Positions 20,763 to 29,849 of a stretch of 64,000 nucleotides of DNA are shown piece by piece. The notes below the pieces were generated by a model, which was not told the origin of the DNA, ran no database searches, and saw only the letters and a list, made by a program, of their open reading frames with translations. Every line of letters begins with the position of its first letter. Within the stretch, counting starts at the first letter, position 1. A program made the position numbers and the translations under genes. Source of the stretch: Bacillota bacterium (GTDB lineage Bacteria > Bacillota > Clostridia > Acetivibrionales > DTU013); contig JAEZLF010000152.1 of the NCBI GenBank assembly GCA_023435925.1, forward strand, positions 5,589 through 69,588, given 5' to 3'.

Positions 20763-21917
20763 ATGATCGATCAAAATACGAAGGCTTCCAATACGAAGGG
20801 TCCTGTTACAAAGACTCCTAAAAAGAACAGGAGAAGAAGAGGAATGAAAGCTGTCTCTTGGCTGCTTGCTTTGCTGTTGTTTGCAGCTGTGGCAGTCATA
20901 GGGTTTGTCTCTGCCTATGATTATGTAATGAAAAATCATACGGATGCCAGCAAAAATGAGCCAATCGTTGTAGATGAAGCAAAAGCTGTTGAATTTGTGA
21001 TCGAGAAGGGCTCCAATACGTCAAAGATTGCCGCACAGCTTTTTGAGAAGGGCTTGATTGAAAATGAAACAATATTCAAGCTGCTTTCAAAAATCAATGG
21101 ATATGATTGGACGTATCAGTCGGGTACCCATATTGTAAGCAGTGAATTAAGTTATGATGAAATGATGAGGGTGCTTTCCAGCTCTGCTGCTACCAGAAAG
21201 GTAACCATACCGGAGGGTAAGACGTTCAGACAAGTGGTTGACATCCTGTATAACAAGCAGATCATCAAAAATAAAGACAGTTTTATAAAGGCTGCCAACA
21301 CAGAGGAATTTGATTATTCTTTCCTGAAGAGTATTCCTGATAGAGAGTACAGACTTGAAGGCTATCTGTTCCCTGATACATATGAATTTGATAGAAATGT
21401 AAGTGACAGGGAAGTCATTATCAAGATGCTGGACAATTTTGAAAGAAAGTTTAAATCGGATTATGTGGAAAAAATGAAGCTTCTTGATTATGAGATGACG
21501 ATGGACAAAATCATTACGTTGGCATCCATTATTGAAAGGGAGGCCAGCGATCCGGATGACCGCTATCTGATAGCGGGAGTATTGTACAACAGGCTGTCCA
21601 ATAAGGATAAGACCCTTAGAAAGCTTCAGGTGGATGCTACCATACAGTATATTTTATTAAAGAAAACAGGGGAATATAAAGACCGTGTCCTATATGCGGA
21701 TCTTGAGATAGACGACCCATATAACACTTACCTGTACGAGGGACTTCCGCCCGGACCCATTTGCTGCCCGGGTGAAGCATCCATTAAGGCTGCGTTGTAT
21801 CCGGAGAACACGAATTATTTATATTATGTGGCCAAGAACGATGGAACCGGCAGTCATCAGTTTTCGAGAACTTTTAAGGAGCATCAGGCGGCAATAAAGA
21901 AATACGGAGTGAAGTGA
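20763..21917 (+). CDS. mltG: endolytic murein transglycosylase MltG (YceG-like)
   Basis: N-terminal TM anchor. LEGYLFPDTYEF and IASIIEREA motifs. ATG 20763 lies behind GGTGGTGA; the ORF opens at TTG 20724. Confidence 0.85.
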   Translation: MIDQNTKASNTKGPVTKTPKKNRRRRGMKAVSWLLALLLFAAVAVIGFVSAYDYVMKNHTDASKNEPIVVDEAKAVEFVIEKGSNTSKIAAQLFEKGLIENETIFKLLSKINGYDWTYQSGTHIVSSELSYDEMMRVLSSSAATRKVTIPEGKTFRQVVDILYNKQIIKNKDSFIKAANTEEFDYSFLKSIPDREYRLEGYLFPDTYEFDRNVSDREVIIKMLDNFERKFKSDYVEKMKLLDYEMTMDKIITLASIIEREASDPDDRYLIAGVLYNRLSNKDKTLRKLQVDATIQYILLKKTGEYKDRVLYADLEIDDPYNTYLYEGLPPGPICCPGEASIKAALYPENTNYLYYVAKNDGTGSHQFSRTFKEHQAAIKKYGVK

Positions 21918-22011
21918 TGTTGAGGGGCTGTTTTGGTATTACGGAACAGCCTCTTTTAATGCGCGGACTGTGTCGGTGAAGTAAAAAGCAGAGCTTAGGA
22001 AAGGATAATGA

Positions 22012-22668
22012 ATGGTCAATCAGGATTTTATCAATGACTATATACGGAGCAGATTCAGACCAAGCACCGGGATACTTACGGAGCTGGAACAATATGCAAG
22101 GGATCATCATGTACCTGTTATTACTCCGGAAGTTGCCAGATTGCTTGTTGTCCTGGGCAAAATGATAAAGCCCGTCCGCATACTGGAGGTTGGGACCGCG
22201 ATTGGGTATTCTGCAATCCTTCTTGCCGGTGTTCTTGCACCCGGAGGAAGAATTGATACGATCGAACGCCATGAGGCCATGCTTTTAAAAGCACGGGAAA
22301 ATATAAAAAAAGCCGGGCTTGAGAATGTAATCAGCGTGATAGCAGGAGATGCACAAGAGGTTCTTCAATGTCTCGACAAGCAATATGACATGATTTTTTT
22401 AGACGCTGCTAAGGGGCAATACCCTGAATTTCTGCCGGAGTGTCTGAGGATGTTGAAGCCAGGCGGCCTTCTTGTATCGGACAATGTGCTTTTTAAAGGA
22501 ATGGTAGCAAGCAACGATTTGATTGTCAGAAGAAAGAAAACCATTGTAAACAGGATGCGTACATACCTTGACAGTATATGTGAGGATCCGTGGTTGGATA
22601 CGAGCATTCTGCCTGTCGGTGATGGCGTAGCACTTTCATATAAGCGGACGGAAAGGTTGGAAGACTGA
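22012..22668 (+). CDS. class I SAM-dependent O-methyltransferase (YrrM/TrmR-like)
   Basis: ILEVGTAIGYS SAM-binding motif and FLDAAKGQYPEF. Sits in the conserved mltG / methyltransferase / U32 context. Confidence 0.8.
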   Translation: MVNQDFINDYIRSRFRPSTGILTELEQYARDHHVPVITPEVARLLVVLGKMIKPVRILEVGTAIGYSAILLAGVLAPGGRIDTIERHEAMLLKARENIKKAGLENVISVIAGDAQEVLQCLDKQYDMIFLDAAKGQYPEFLPECLRMLKPGGLLVSDNVLFKGMVASNDLIVRRKKTIVNRMRTYLDSICEDPWLDTSILPVGDGVALSYKRTERLED

Positions 22669-23930
22669 TGATTGAAAATATGAAAGAAGTGGATAAAATT
22701 CAAAATAAAGTAGAACTTCTGGCTCCCGCAGGTAATCTGGAAAAACTAAAAATGGCAGTTATCTATGGAGCAGACGCAGTTTATCTGGGCGGTGAAGAAT
22801 TCGGGCTGAGAGCATCTGCCGGTAATTTCAGTGCGGAGGATTTGGCGGAAGGTATCGCTTTCGCTCATGACAGAGGCAAGAAGGTCTATATGACCATGAA
22901 TATTATTCCCCATAATGAAGACTTTGAAAATATGCCTGACTATATACGGCAGGTACGGGATGCAGGAGTGGATGCCGTTATTTTCTCCGACCCGGGCATT
23001 TTTGACATGCTGAGGCAGGAAGCTCCTGAAATGGAGCTCCACCTGAGCACCCAGGCCAACAATACCAATTGGAGAAGTGCTTCCTTCTGGCATAGAATGG
23101 GTGTAAAGAGGGTAATACTTGCAAGAGAATTATCCCTTCAGGAAATTAGCGAGATCCGGAGAAATGTCCCTGCGGATCTGGAACTGGAGATGTTTGTCCA
23201 CGGTTCCATGTGCATTTCCTACTCCGGCCGTTGCCTGCTCAGTAATTATATGGCGGACCGGGATTCCAACCGCGGCCTCTGTGCTCATCCCTGCAGATGG
23301 AAGTACCATCTGGTAGAAGAAAAAAGGCCCGGTGAGTATATGCCGGTGTTTGAAAATGAACGTGGCACCTATATCTTTAATTCAAAGGATCTCTGCCTGA
23401 TTGAACATATTCCGGAGATCATTGAGAGCGGTATAACCAGTCTGAAAATTGAAGGCAGGATGAAAAGCTCCTATTATGTAGCTACAGTGGTTAAATCCTA
23501 CCGTGAGGCGTTGGATGCGTATATTGCCGATCCGGAGAACTATAGCTATAATGGAGAATGGCTGGAAGAAATGTCAAAGGCCAGCCATAGGGAATACACT
23601 ACGGGGTTCTATTTAGGAAAGCCGACCGGTAAGGAACAGATATATGAGTCCGGTTCGTATATACGGGAGTATGATTTTGTCGGACTGGTCACTGCCTACG
23701 ATGTCGATTCCGGGATTGCGACAATCGAGCAGCGCAACCGGTTCGCAGTGGGGGAAGAGCTTGAGGTGGTTTCTCCCGTCGGGCCTTACTTTATTCAGAA
23801 AGTGCATTCCATGAGAAATGGCGATGGAGAGGAAATTGAAGTAGCACCCCATCCTCAGATGACAGTATACATGCCGGTGGACAGACCGGTGGAGCCCTAT
23901 ACGATGCTCCGGCGCAAGGGAAAAGATTAA
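22668..23930 (+). CDS. peptidase U32 family protein (YrrO/TrhP-like)
   Basis: ELLAPAGNLEKLKMAVIYGADAVYLGG N-terminus and E..VHGSMCISYSGRCLLS motif. Start overlaps the upstream stop (TGATG). Confidence 0.85.
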   Translation: MIENMKEVDKIQNKVELLAPAGNLEKLKMAVIYGADAVYLGGEEFGLRASAGNFSAEDLAEGIAFAHDRGKKVYMTMNIIPHNEDFENMPDYIRQVRDAGVDAVIFSDPGIFDMLRQEAPEMELHLSTQANNTNWRSASFWHRMGVKRVILARELSLQEISEIRRNVPADLELEMFVHGSMCISYSGRCLLSNYMADRDSNRGLCAHPCRWKYHLVEEKRPGEYMPVFENERGTYIFNSKDLCLIEHIPEIIESGITSLKIEGRMKSSYYVATVVKSYREALDAYIADPENYSYNGEWLEEMSKASHREYTTGFYLGKPTGKEQIYESGSYIREYDFVGLVTAYDVDSGIATIEQRNRFAVGEELEVVSPVGPYFIQKVHSMRNGDGEEIEVAPHPQMTVYMPVDRPVEPYTMLRRKGKD

Positions 23931-24015
23931 CCGCATTTTTCAAGCCCATTCATGTGATGAAGATCGGGTCAGGACTTTGATAATAGTGAAAGTAAAGTAC
24001 AGTAAACTGTATATG

Positions 24016-24066
24016 AACCCCTTTCAACGGAAAGAATTTAGATTAGTTTGTTGAAAGGGGTTTTTA
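24016..24066 (+). terminator. hairpin terminator after the U32 gene
   Basis: aacccctttcaac / gttgaaaggggtt 13-bp stem followed by TTTTT. Confidence 0.5.
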
Positions 24067-24067
24067 T

Positions 24068-25786
24068 TTGTTTAAAAAAAGAGCTCATATCATAACCGGT
24101 ATTTTTTTTACACTATTTATTTGCATATCAATAAGAATAGCTTTTATCTATTTCTTTTCAAACAGGCCACTGGCAGAGTCAGCCTTCCGCCAAAGGCTAT
24201 CCAGCAGCAACGTTGAGTCGTTTAGAGGTAATATTCTTGACAGAAACGGTATACCTTTTACGAACCGGGATGAGAAATATGAAGCTGTTATCAAACCGGC
24301 GTATATGCCTAAGCTGCAAAGCGAACGGGAGAAAGTCAGCACAGCACTCGGCATCAGCCCGGATATTATCAATCAGCTGACATCAAAGAGCAAGGCAACT
24401 ACCATTGAGACAAATGAAGCAGGAAGCAAGGCAATTCTGGAGATGAAGCCGGAATGGGTTTCGATATTGCATTCATTGAACCGGTACGATAACGGAACAC
24501 TGGCAAAGCATGTCATCGGGTATTTAAGCAAAAAGGATCAGGTTGGGCAGGCAGGCATTGAAAAGATGTATGACCGTGAACTTCGTGATAATTATCTATT
24601 TGAGCTTGGAACTGTGGTGGATGCCGCTAAGAATCCCATAAAAGGCATGGGCTACAGGGTAAAAAGATGGGGCACCGATCAAAAGCTGAATGTGAGGCTG
24701 ACATTGGATTACCATATTCAGAAGATTGTTGAGAGTACAATGGATGAAAACGGAATATCGGGTGCAGTAGTTGTAGAGGATATTGCAACCGGGGATATAC
24801 TGGCGATGGCCAGCAAGCCTGATTATGATCAGTATGCGGTTGAGGAATATCTGGGCAGCAGTCATAATGAGCTCTTCAATAAAGCAACCGCTGCTTATAA
24901 TCTTGGGTCCGTATTTAAAATCATTGATGTGGCCGCTCTGTATGAAAATAATATTACATTTCAGGATGAAAGCACAGAAAATGAAAGCCTTGACAGCGGC
25001 AATCTGTACGGGGATAGCCCTTTCGGGGACAGTCTGCATGATGATACCTATTTCTGTGAAGGTTCCGTTCAAATTAATGGCCTGATTTTTAAATGCTCTT
25101 CCTACTTTGATGGCGGACATGGTGAGGTAAATCTTGAACAAGCATTTGCAAAATCATGTAATGCTTATTTCATTGAATTATGTCAGAGAATCGGTTACAG
25201 GAATCTGATCCGTATGGCTCAAAAATTCGGGCTAGGTGCAGAAACAGGGGTAGCGGGGCAAGGCATCAGTGAGGCCAAAGGAAGTTTGCCTGGTATCAAC
25301 AGCTACTACAGTAAGGCGGATATCGCTAATCTGTCAATCGGACAAGGTGTACTGCTGGCAACTCCATTACAGGTTGCCGACATGGTTGCAACTGTTGCCA
25401 ACGGAGGAATAAAGAATCGGATCAATATAGTAGATTCGGTTATAGATCATGAAGGCCGGGTGGTTGCTGATATCCGGGTAAAACAAGGACAGCGGATCAT
25501 TGGGAAAAGCACGGCAGACAGGATCAAAGAACTCATGGAAGCTGTCACGATATACGGGACAGGAATGGATGCTGGAATGGAGTATTATGGCGGTGCAGGT
25601 GGAAAAACAGGCAGCGCTGAAACCGGTTCTGCGGATGTGGTACATGCATGGTTCGCGGGATATTTTCCGGTTGCCGATCCCAAATACGCCATAGCTGTTT
25701 TTGTAGAGAATGGACAGTATGGCGGTAAAACTGCGGCGCCTGTATTTGCTGAAATCGCAAGAGAGATGAAGGATAAGGGGTATTGA
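24068..25786 (+). CDS. class B penicillin-binding protein (PBP2/SpoVD/FtsI-type transpeptidase)
   Basis: N-terminal TM segment. SxxK (LGSVFK), SxN (KSCNAYF) and KTG (GGKTGSAE) motifs. TTG start. Confidence 0.85.
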   Translation: MFKKRAHIITGIFFTLFICISIRIAFIYFFSNRPLAESAFRQRLSSSNVESFRGNILDRNGIPFTNRDEKYEAVIKPAYMPKLQSEREKVSTALGISPDIINQLTSKSKATTIETNEAGSKAILEMKPEWVSILHSLNRYDNGTLAKHVIGYLSKKDQVGQAGIEKMYDRELRDNYLFELGTVVDAAKNPIKGMGYRVKRWGTDQKLNVRLTLDYHIQKIVESTMDENGISGAVVVEDIATGDILAMASKPDYDQYAVEEYLGSSHNELFNKATAAYNLGSVFKIIDVAALYENNITFQDESTENESLDSGNLYGDSPFGDSLHDDTYFCEGSVQINGLIFKCSSYFDGGHGEVNLEQAFAKSCNAYFIELCQRIGYRNLIRMAQKFGLGAETGVAGQGISEAKGSLPGINSYYSKADIANLSIGQGVLLATPLQVADMVATVANGGIKNRINIVDSVIDHEGRVVADIRVKQGQRIIGKSTADRIKELMEAVTIYGTGMDAGMEYYGGAGGKTGSAETGSADVVHAWFAGYFPVADPKYAIAVFVENGQYGGKTAAPVFAEIAREMKDKGY

Positions 25787-25899
25787 ACAAGGGCCATGAA
25801 CTGCGGATGAATGAAATCAAAACCAGAGTTTTCCCGATAAATAATTGAAACCATGTACTAAAATGAATACATGAGATTGTGAAATATTTATTTTATGGG

Positions 25900-25928
25900 T
25901 TGTAAATAATGGAAGTGCATGTTATAAT
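25900..25928 (+). promoter_or_regulatory. sigma-A-type promoter candidate (extended -10) for the hyd-like operon
   Basis: TTGTAA, 17 nt, (TGT)TATAAT. Confidence 0.45.
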
Positions 25929-25946
25929 GTACTTAAATCCAAACAA

Positions 25947-25964
25947 TAGTTAATAAATTAACAA
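25947..25964 (+). promoter_or_regulatory. Rex-type operator candidate
   Basis: TAGTTAATAAATTAACAA matches the clostridial Rex consensus TTGTTAA-N4-TTAACAA at 13 of its 14 specified positions (N4 unconstrained). It lies just downstream of the -10 box. Confidence 0.5.
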
Positions 25965-26207
25965 AAATAACGATCGATTTAAATCTTTATATTCCACTTC
26001 TTTGAACGGCTTTCGAACAGCATCATGTTGTACCGCACAGATTGCAGCATGGTTTTACACCGATTGTTTTCCGAAAAATTAACTTTAGCAAAAATCAACT
26101 TTCGAGAAGAATCAACATTTACAAGGAATTGTTAAAAAAACACCAATGTAAGCATTTGTATGGCGATATTCCCAATTCGATTCATGTTATCTGCGAGGAG
26201 GGTTTTT

Positions 26208-26741
26208 ATGGGTGTTCAGACGAAAGCATGCGCGTGCAGAAAAGAGACAGACCAGGAAAAGCTTGCAAGAATTGCTGCAGTCATCGAGGACTACAGAGAC
26301 AAAGAGGGCAGTCTGATACAAATATTACACATGGCACAGGGCATTTATGGATATCTGCCTCTCCAGGTCCAGCAATTCATTGCAGAAAAGCTTGAGAAAC
26401 CACTGTCTGAGGTCAGCGGCGTAGTTACCTTCTACTCTTTTTTCTCAACGCAGCCAAAAGGTGAAAATACCATACGGGTCTGTCTGGGTACAGCCTGCTA
26501 TGTAAGGGGCGGAAAGAAGATCATTGACAAGCTGAAGGAGATACTGGATGTAGACGTAGGAGGCACAACCAGGGACGGAAAGTTTTCATTGGAAGTCATG
26601 CGGTGTATCGGGGCTTGTGGGCTGGCACCGGCTATGACGATCAACGACAGGGTTTATAAACAGGTCAATCCTGATAAGCTCAGAAGCATTCTCAATACCT
26701 ATGGGGGAGGTGGAAAGCATGCCGCTGAAAACAAAAATTGA
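26208..26741 (+). CDS. NuoE/HydC-like [2Fe-2S] subunit
   Basis: VCLGTACYVRGG...RCIGACGLAP thioredoxin-like 2Fe-2S motif. ATG 26208 lies behind GAGGAGGG. Confidence 0.85.
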   Translation: MGVQTKACACRKETDQEKLARIAAVIEDYRDKEGSLIQILHMAQGIYGYLPLQVQQFIAEKLEKPLSEVSGVVTFYSFFSTQPKGENTIRVCLGTACYVRGGKKIIDKLKEILDVDVGGTTRDGKFSLEVMRCIGACGLAPAMTINDRVYKQVNPDKLRSILNTYGGGGKHAAENKN

Positions 26742-29700
26742 TCAAACGGATGACCTCTTTAAGATAAAAGAGTGCTATGATGAAAACCTGAAAAACATAG
26801 ATTTTGAAATACTGGTTTGCTCCGGTGCCGGGTGCATTTCTTCCAATTGCCAGGAGGTAAAGGATGCATTGATCAAATGCCTGGAAGAAAGGCTGCTGAC
26901 AGAAAAGGTAATTGTGGCTGAAACCGGTTGTATCGGTACTTGTGACCTGGGACCAGTGATGATCATTCATACTTTAAAGGAGTTTGGAGATCTATTGCGG
27001 GGAAAAGGTGTTATCTATACAAAGCTGACACCGCAGGACATCCCGTCTATCGTGGAAGCACATCTGGTCAATGGCAGTATCATATCAGATAAAACCTATT
27101 TTGATCCGAGGAAGAATGTGAACGTGCCATATATTGAGGATATTGACTACTTTAAAAATCAGGTGAAAATAGCGCTGAGAAACTGTGGTACTATTGATTT
27201 TGCTTCCATGGAGCAGTACATTGCAAAGGATGGGTATATGGCCATTGCAAAAGTATTGAAGGAGTATACACCACAGCAGGTAGTTGACGAGGTGAAAAAG
27301 GCAGGTTTGAAAGGGAGAGGCGGTGCAGGCTTTCCCACCGGAGTGAAGCTGGAATCAGGTATGAAAGCTCCAGGACCGGTAAAATATCTGGTTTGTAATG
27401 CGGATGAGGGTGATCCCGGGGCTTTTATGGACAGAAGTATTCTTGAAGGCGACCCCCACAGCATCATTGAAGGGATGCTGATCAGCGGTTATGCGATTGG
27501 TGCTGCGAATGGTTATGTTTATGTCCGTGCAGAATATCCGCTGGCTGTGGAAAGACTTGATCTGGCAATCCAAAAGGCAAGGAAGGCCGGACTCCTCGGC
27601 GATCATATACTGGGTACAGGCTTCTCATTCGATCTGGAGATCCGAATTGGGGCAGGTGCTTTTGTCTGCGGAGAAGAAACCGCGCTGATGGCATCGATTG
27701 AGGGGGAACGCGGAGAACCTCGTCAAAAGCCTCCATTTCCGTTCCAGCGGGGCCTATTTGGAAAGCCGACGATTATCAGCAATGTAGAGACCTATGCAAA
27801 CATTCCACCGATCATTCTGAAAGGCAGCAGCTGGTTTTCCCGTTTTGGAACAGAAAACAGCAAAGGAACAAAGGTTTTTGCTCTGGCCGGTGCTATCAAT
27901 AATACAGGAATTGTGGAAGTACCTATGGGCACAACACTGGGGGAAATTGTTTTTAATATCGGTGGAGGCATACGAAAAAATAAGGAGTTTAAAGCCGCTC
28001 AGACCGGTGGACCTTCCGGAGGCTGCATCACCAGAGACCACTTAAATACGCCGATGGACTATGATTCTCTTGTGAAGCTCGGCGCGATTATGGGCTCCGG
28101 TGGCTTGATTACCATGGATGAGGACACCTGTATGGTGGATATGGCACGATTTTTTATGGAATTCATACAGGAGGAATCCTGTGGAAAGTGTGTACCTTGC
28201 AGGCTGGGCACGAAACGGATGTTGGAAATCCTTGAAAGAATCACGAAAGGACAGGGCGAAGAAGGAGATATTGAAACGCTGGAGGAGCTTGGCGAAATGA
28301 TTAAGGAAGCTGCCGTATGCGGACTTGGTCAAACTGCGCCGAATCCTGTGCTTAGCATGATTCATAATTTCAGAGAAGAGTACGAGGAGCATATTAAATA
28401 CAAGTACTGCAGAGCCGGGGTATGTGCTGATCTGTTTATTTCACCTTGCCAGAACGCCTGTCCGGCGGGTGTTAATGTTCCCGGTTATGTCTCGCTGGTA
28501 GCTGCTGGGAGATTGAGAGATGCGTATAATCTTATCAGAAAGGAAAATCCTTTTCCTGCTGTGTGCGGCAGGGTATGCACCCATGAGTGTGAAAGCAAAT
28601 GCAGAAGAGGCCAGTTGGACGAACCAGTTGCCATAGCCGACCTGAAACGGTATGTAGCGGACTATGTGCTGAAAAATGAAATGCCTTATCTGGATCTGGT
28701 ATTTCCAAAGAAGGGAAAGAGTGTCGCAATTATCGGTGCCGGACCATCCGGACTGACCTGCGGATATTATCTGGCAAGACTTGGCTATGAGGTGGATGTT
28801 TATGAATCTCAGCCTATAGCAGGCGGTGTTTTAGCCTTTGGAATTCCTGAATACCGGTTGCCTAACGAAGTACTGCAGCATGAAATCAGAATGATTGAAC
28901 AGGTTGGCGTCAAGATCCATCTTAATACCGAAATAGGCTCCGATATCACCTTCTACCAACTGAAGAGCAGCCATGATGCGCTTTATATAGCAACGGGGAC
29001 ACAATTTTCCAATCAGATCCGTATTCCTGGAGAGGATTTGAAAGGAGTATATCACGGACTGGATTTTCTCAGAGACGTCAATCTGAAGCACGATGTAAAA
29101 ATCGGAGGCTCCGTAGCGGTCATCGGAGGCGGTAATACGGCAATTGACGCTGCAAGAACAGCATTAAGGCTTGGGGCAAAAGAAGTTACAGTTCTTTACA
29201 GACGGTGCATGGAGGATATGCCTGCTGACAGCAGAGAGATAAGGGACGCAGAGGAAGAAGGCATCCGAATAATTCCTCTGGTGGCGCCGTTAAGCTTTAT
29301 TGGAAAGGACAGAGTCAGGGAAATCGAATGTGTCCGAATGGAACTGAAGGACTTTGATAATAGCGGGCGCAGAAAACCAAAGCCTATACCGGGATCGGAG
29401 TTTCAACTGAAGGTGGATCTGGTGATCCCGGCTGTCAGTCAGTATTCCGATCTTCCGTTTATTAACAGGGATGAGGTAGAGGTTACTCAGTGGGGAACAT
29501 TTGTCACAGACCGGGATACGTTGATGACAAAGATGAGAGGTGTATTTGCAGGCGGGGATGTTGTACGGGGCTCGGACACGGTCATTAAGGCTATTGCCGA
29601 CGGTAAAAATGCGGCAAAGGCCATCGACAAGTATCTTGGAGGCAAAGGCGTTCTGAATACCGGCGAAGATATTGATATTCCTGTGGCAGTGGATGAAAAA

Positions 29701-29847
29701 GAAATACTGGAGCATGAGAGATTTCCGATGAAATTCCTTCCTCCGCAAGAGCGCCGCTACAGCTTTGATGAGGTAGCTGTGGGCTTCCACAAGCTCAATG
29801 CCATTGCAGAAGCCATGAGATGTCTCAGATGCGACAGGAGGTGCTGA
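26719..29847 (+). CDS. NuoF/HydB-like flavoprotein fused to a GltD/NfnB-like NADPH-FAD module (1042 aa)
   Basis: GRGGAGFPTG (FMN/NADH site) and ESCGKCVPCR mark the NuoF part. From about 28396 the GltD-like part shows CGRVCTHECESKC, VAIIGAGPSGLTCGYYLA, VAVIGGGNTAIDAART and GVFAGGDVV. Confidence 0.85.
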   Translation: MPLKTKIDQTDDLFKIKECYDENLKNIDFEILVCSGAGCISSNCQEVKDALIKCLEERLLTEKVIVAETGCIGTCDLGPVMIIHTLKEFGDLLRGKGVIYTKLTPQDIPSIVEAHLVNGSIISDKTYFDPRKNVNVPYIEDIDYFKNQVKIALRNCGTIDFASMEQYIAKDGYMAIAKVLKEYTPQQVVDEVKKAGLKGRGGAGFPTGVKLESGMKAPGPVKYLVCNADEGDPGAFMDRSILEGDPHSIIEGMLISGYAIGAANGYVYVRAEYPLAVERLDLAIQKARKAGLLGDHILGTGFSFDLEIRIGAGAFVCGEETALMASIEGERGEPRQKPPFPFQRGLFGKPTIISNVETYANIPPIILKGSSWFSRFGTENSKGTKVFALAGAINNTGIVEVPMGTTLGEIVFNIGGGIRKNKEFKAAQTGGPSGGCITRDHLNTPMDYDSLVKLGAIMGSGGLITMDEDTCMVDMARFFMEFIQEESCGKCVPCRLGTKRMLEILERITKGQGEEGDIETLEELGEMIKEAAVCGLGQTAPNPVLSMIHNFREEYEEHIKYKYCRAGVCADLFISPCQNACPAGVNVPGYVSLVAAGRLRDAYNLIRKENPFPAVCGRVCTHECESKCRRGQLDEPVAIADLKRYVADYVLKNEMPYLDLVFPKKGKSVAIIGAGPSGLTCGYYLARLGYEVDVYESQPIAGGVLAFGIPEYRLPNEVLQHEIRMIEQVGVKIHLNTEIGSDITFYQLKSSHDALYIATGTQFSNQIRIPGEDLKGVYHGLDFLRDVNLKHDVKIGGSVAVIGGGNTAIDAARTALRLGAKEVTVLYRRCMEDMPADSREIRDAEEEGIRIIPLVAPLSFIGKDRVREIECVRMELKDFDNSGRRKPKPIPGSEFQLKVDLVIPAVSQYSDLPFINRDEVEVTQWGTFVTDRDTLMTKMRGVFAGGDVVRGSDTVIKAIADGKNAAKAIDKYLGGKGVLNTGEDIDIPVAVDEKEILEHERFPMKFLPPQERRYSFDEVAVGFHKLNAIAEAMRCLRCDRRC

Positions 29848-29849
29848 GA

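Noticed and set aside
26042-26395. 117-aa ORF, and the 26160 start extension of the NuoE-like gene
   Set aside because: There is no RBS, and the ORF overlaps the 5' UTR. The conserved NuoE-like sequence begins after ATG 26208, which has a GAGGAGGG RBS.
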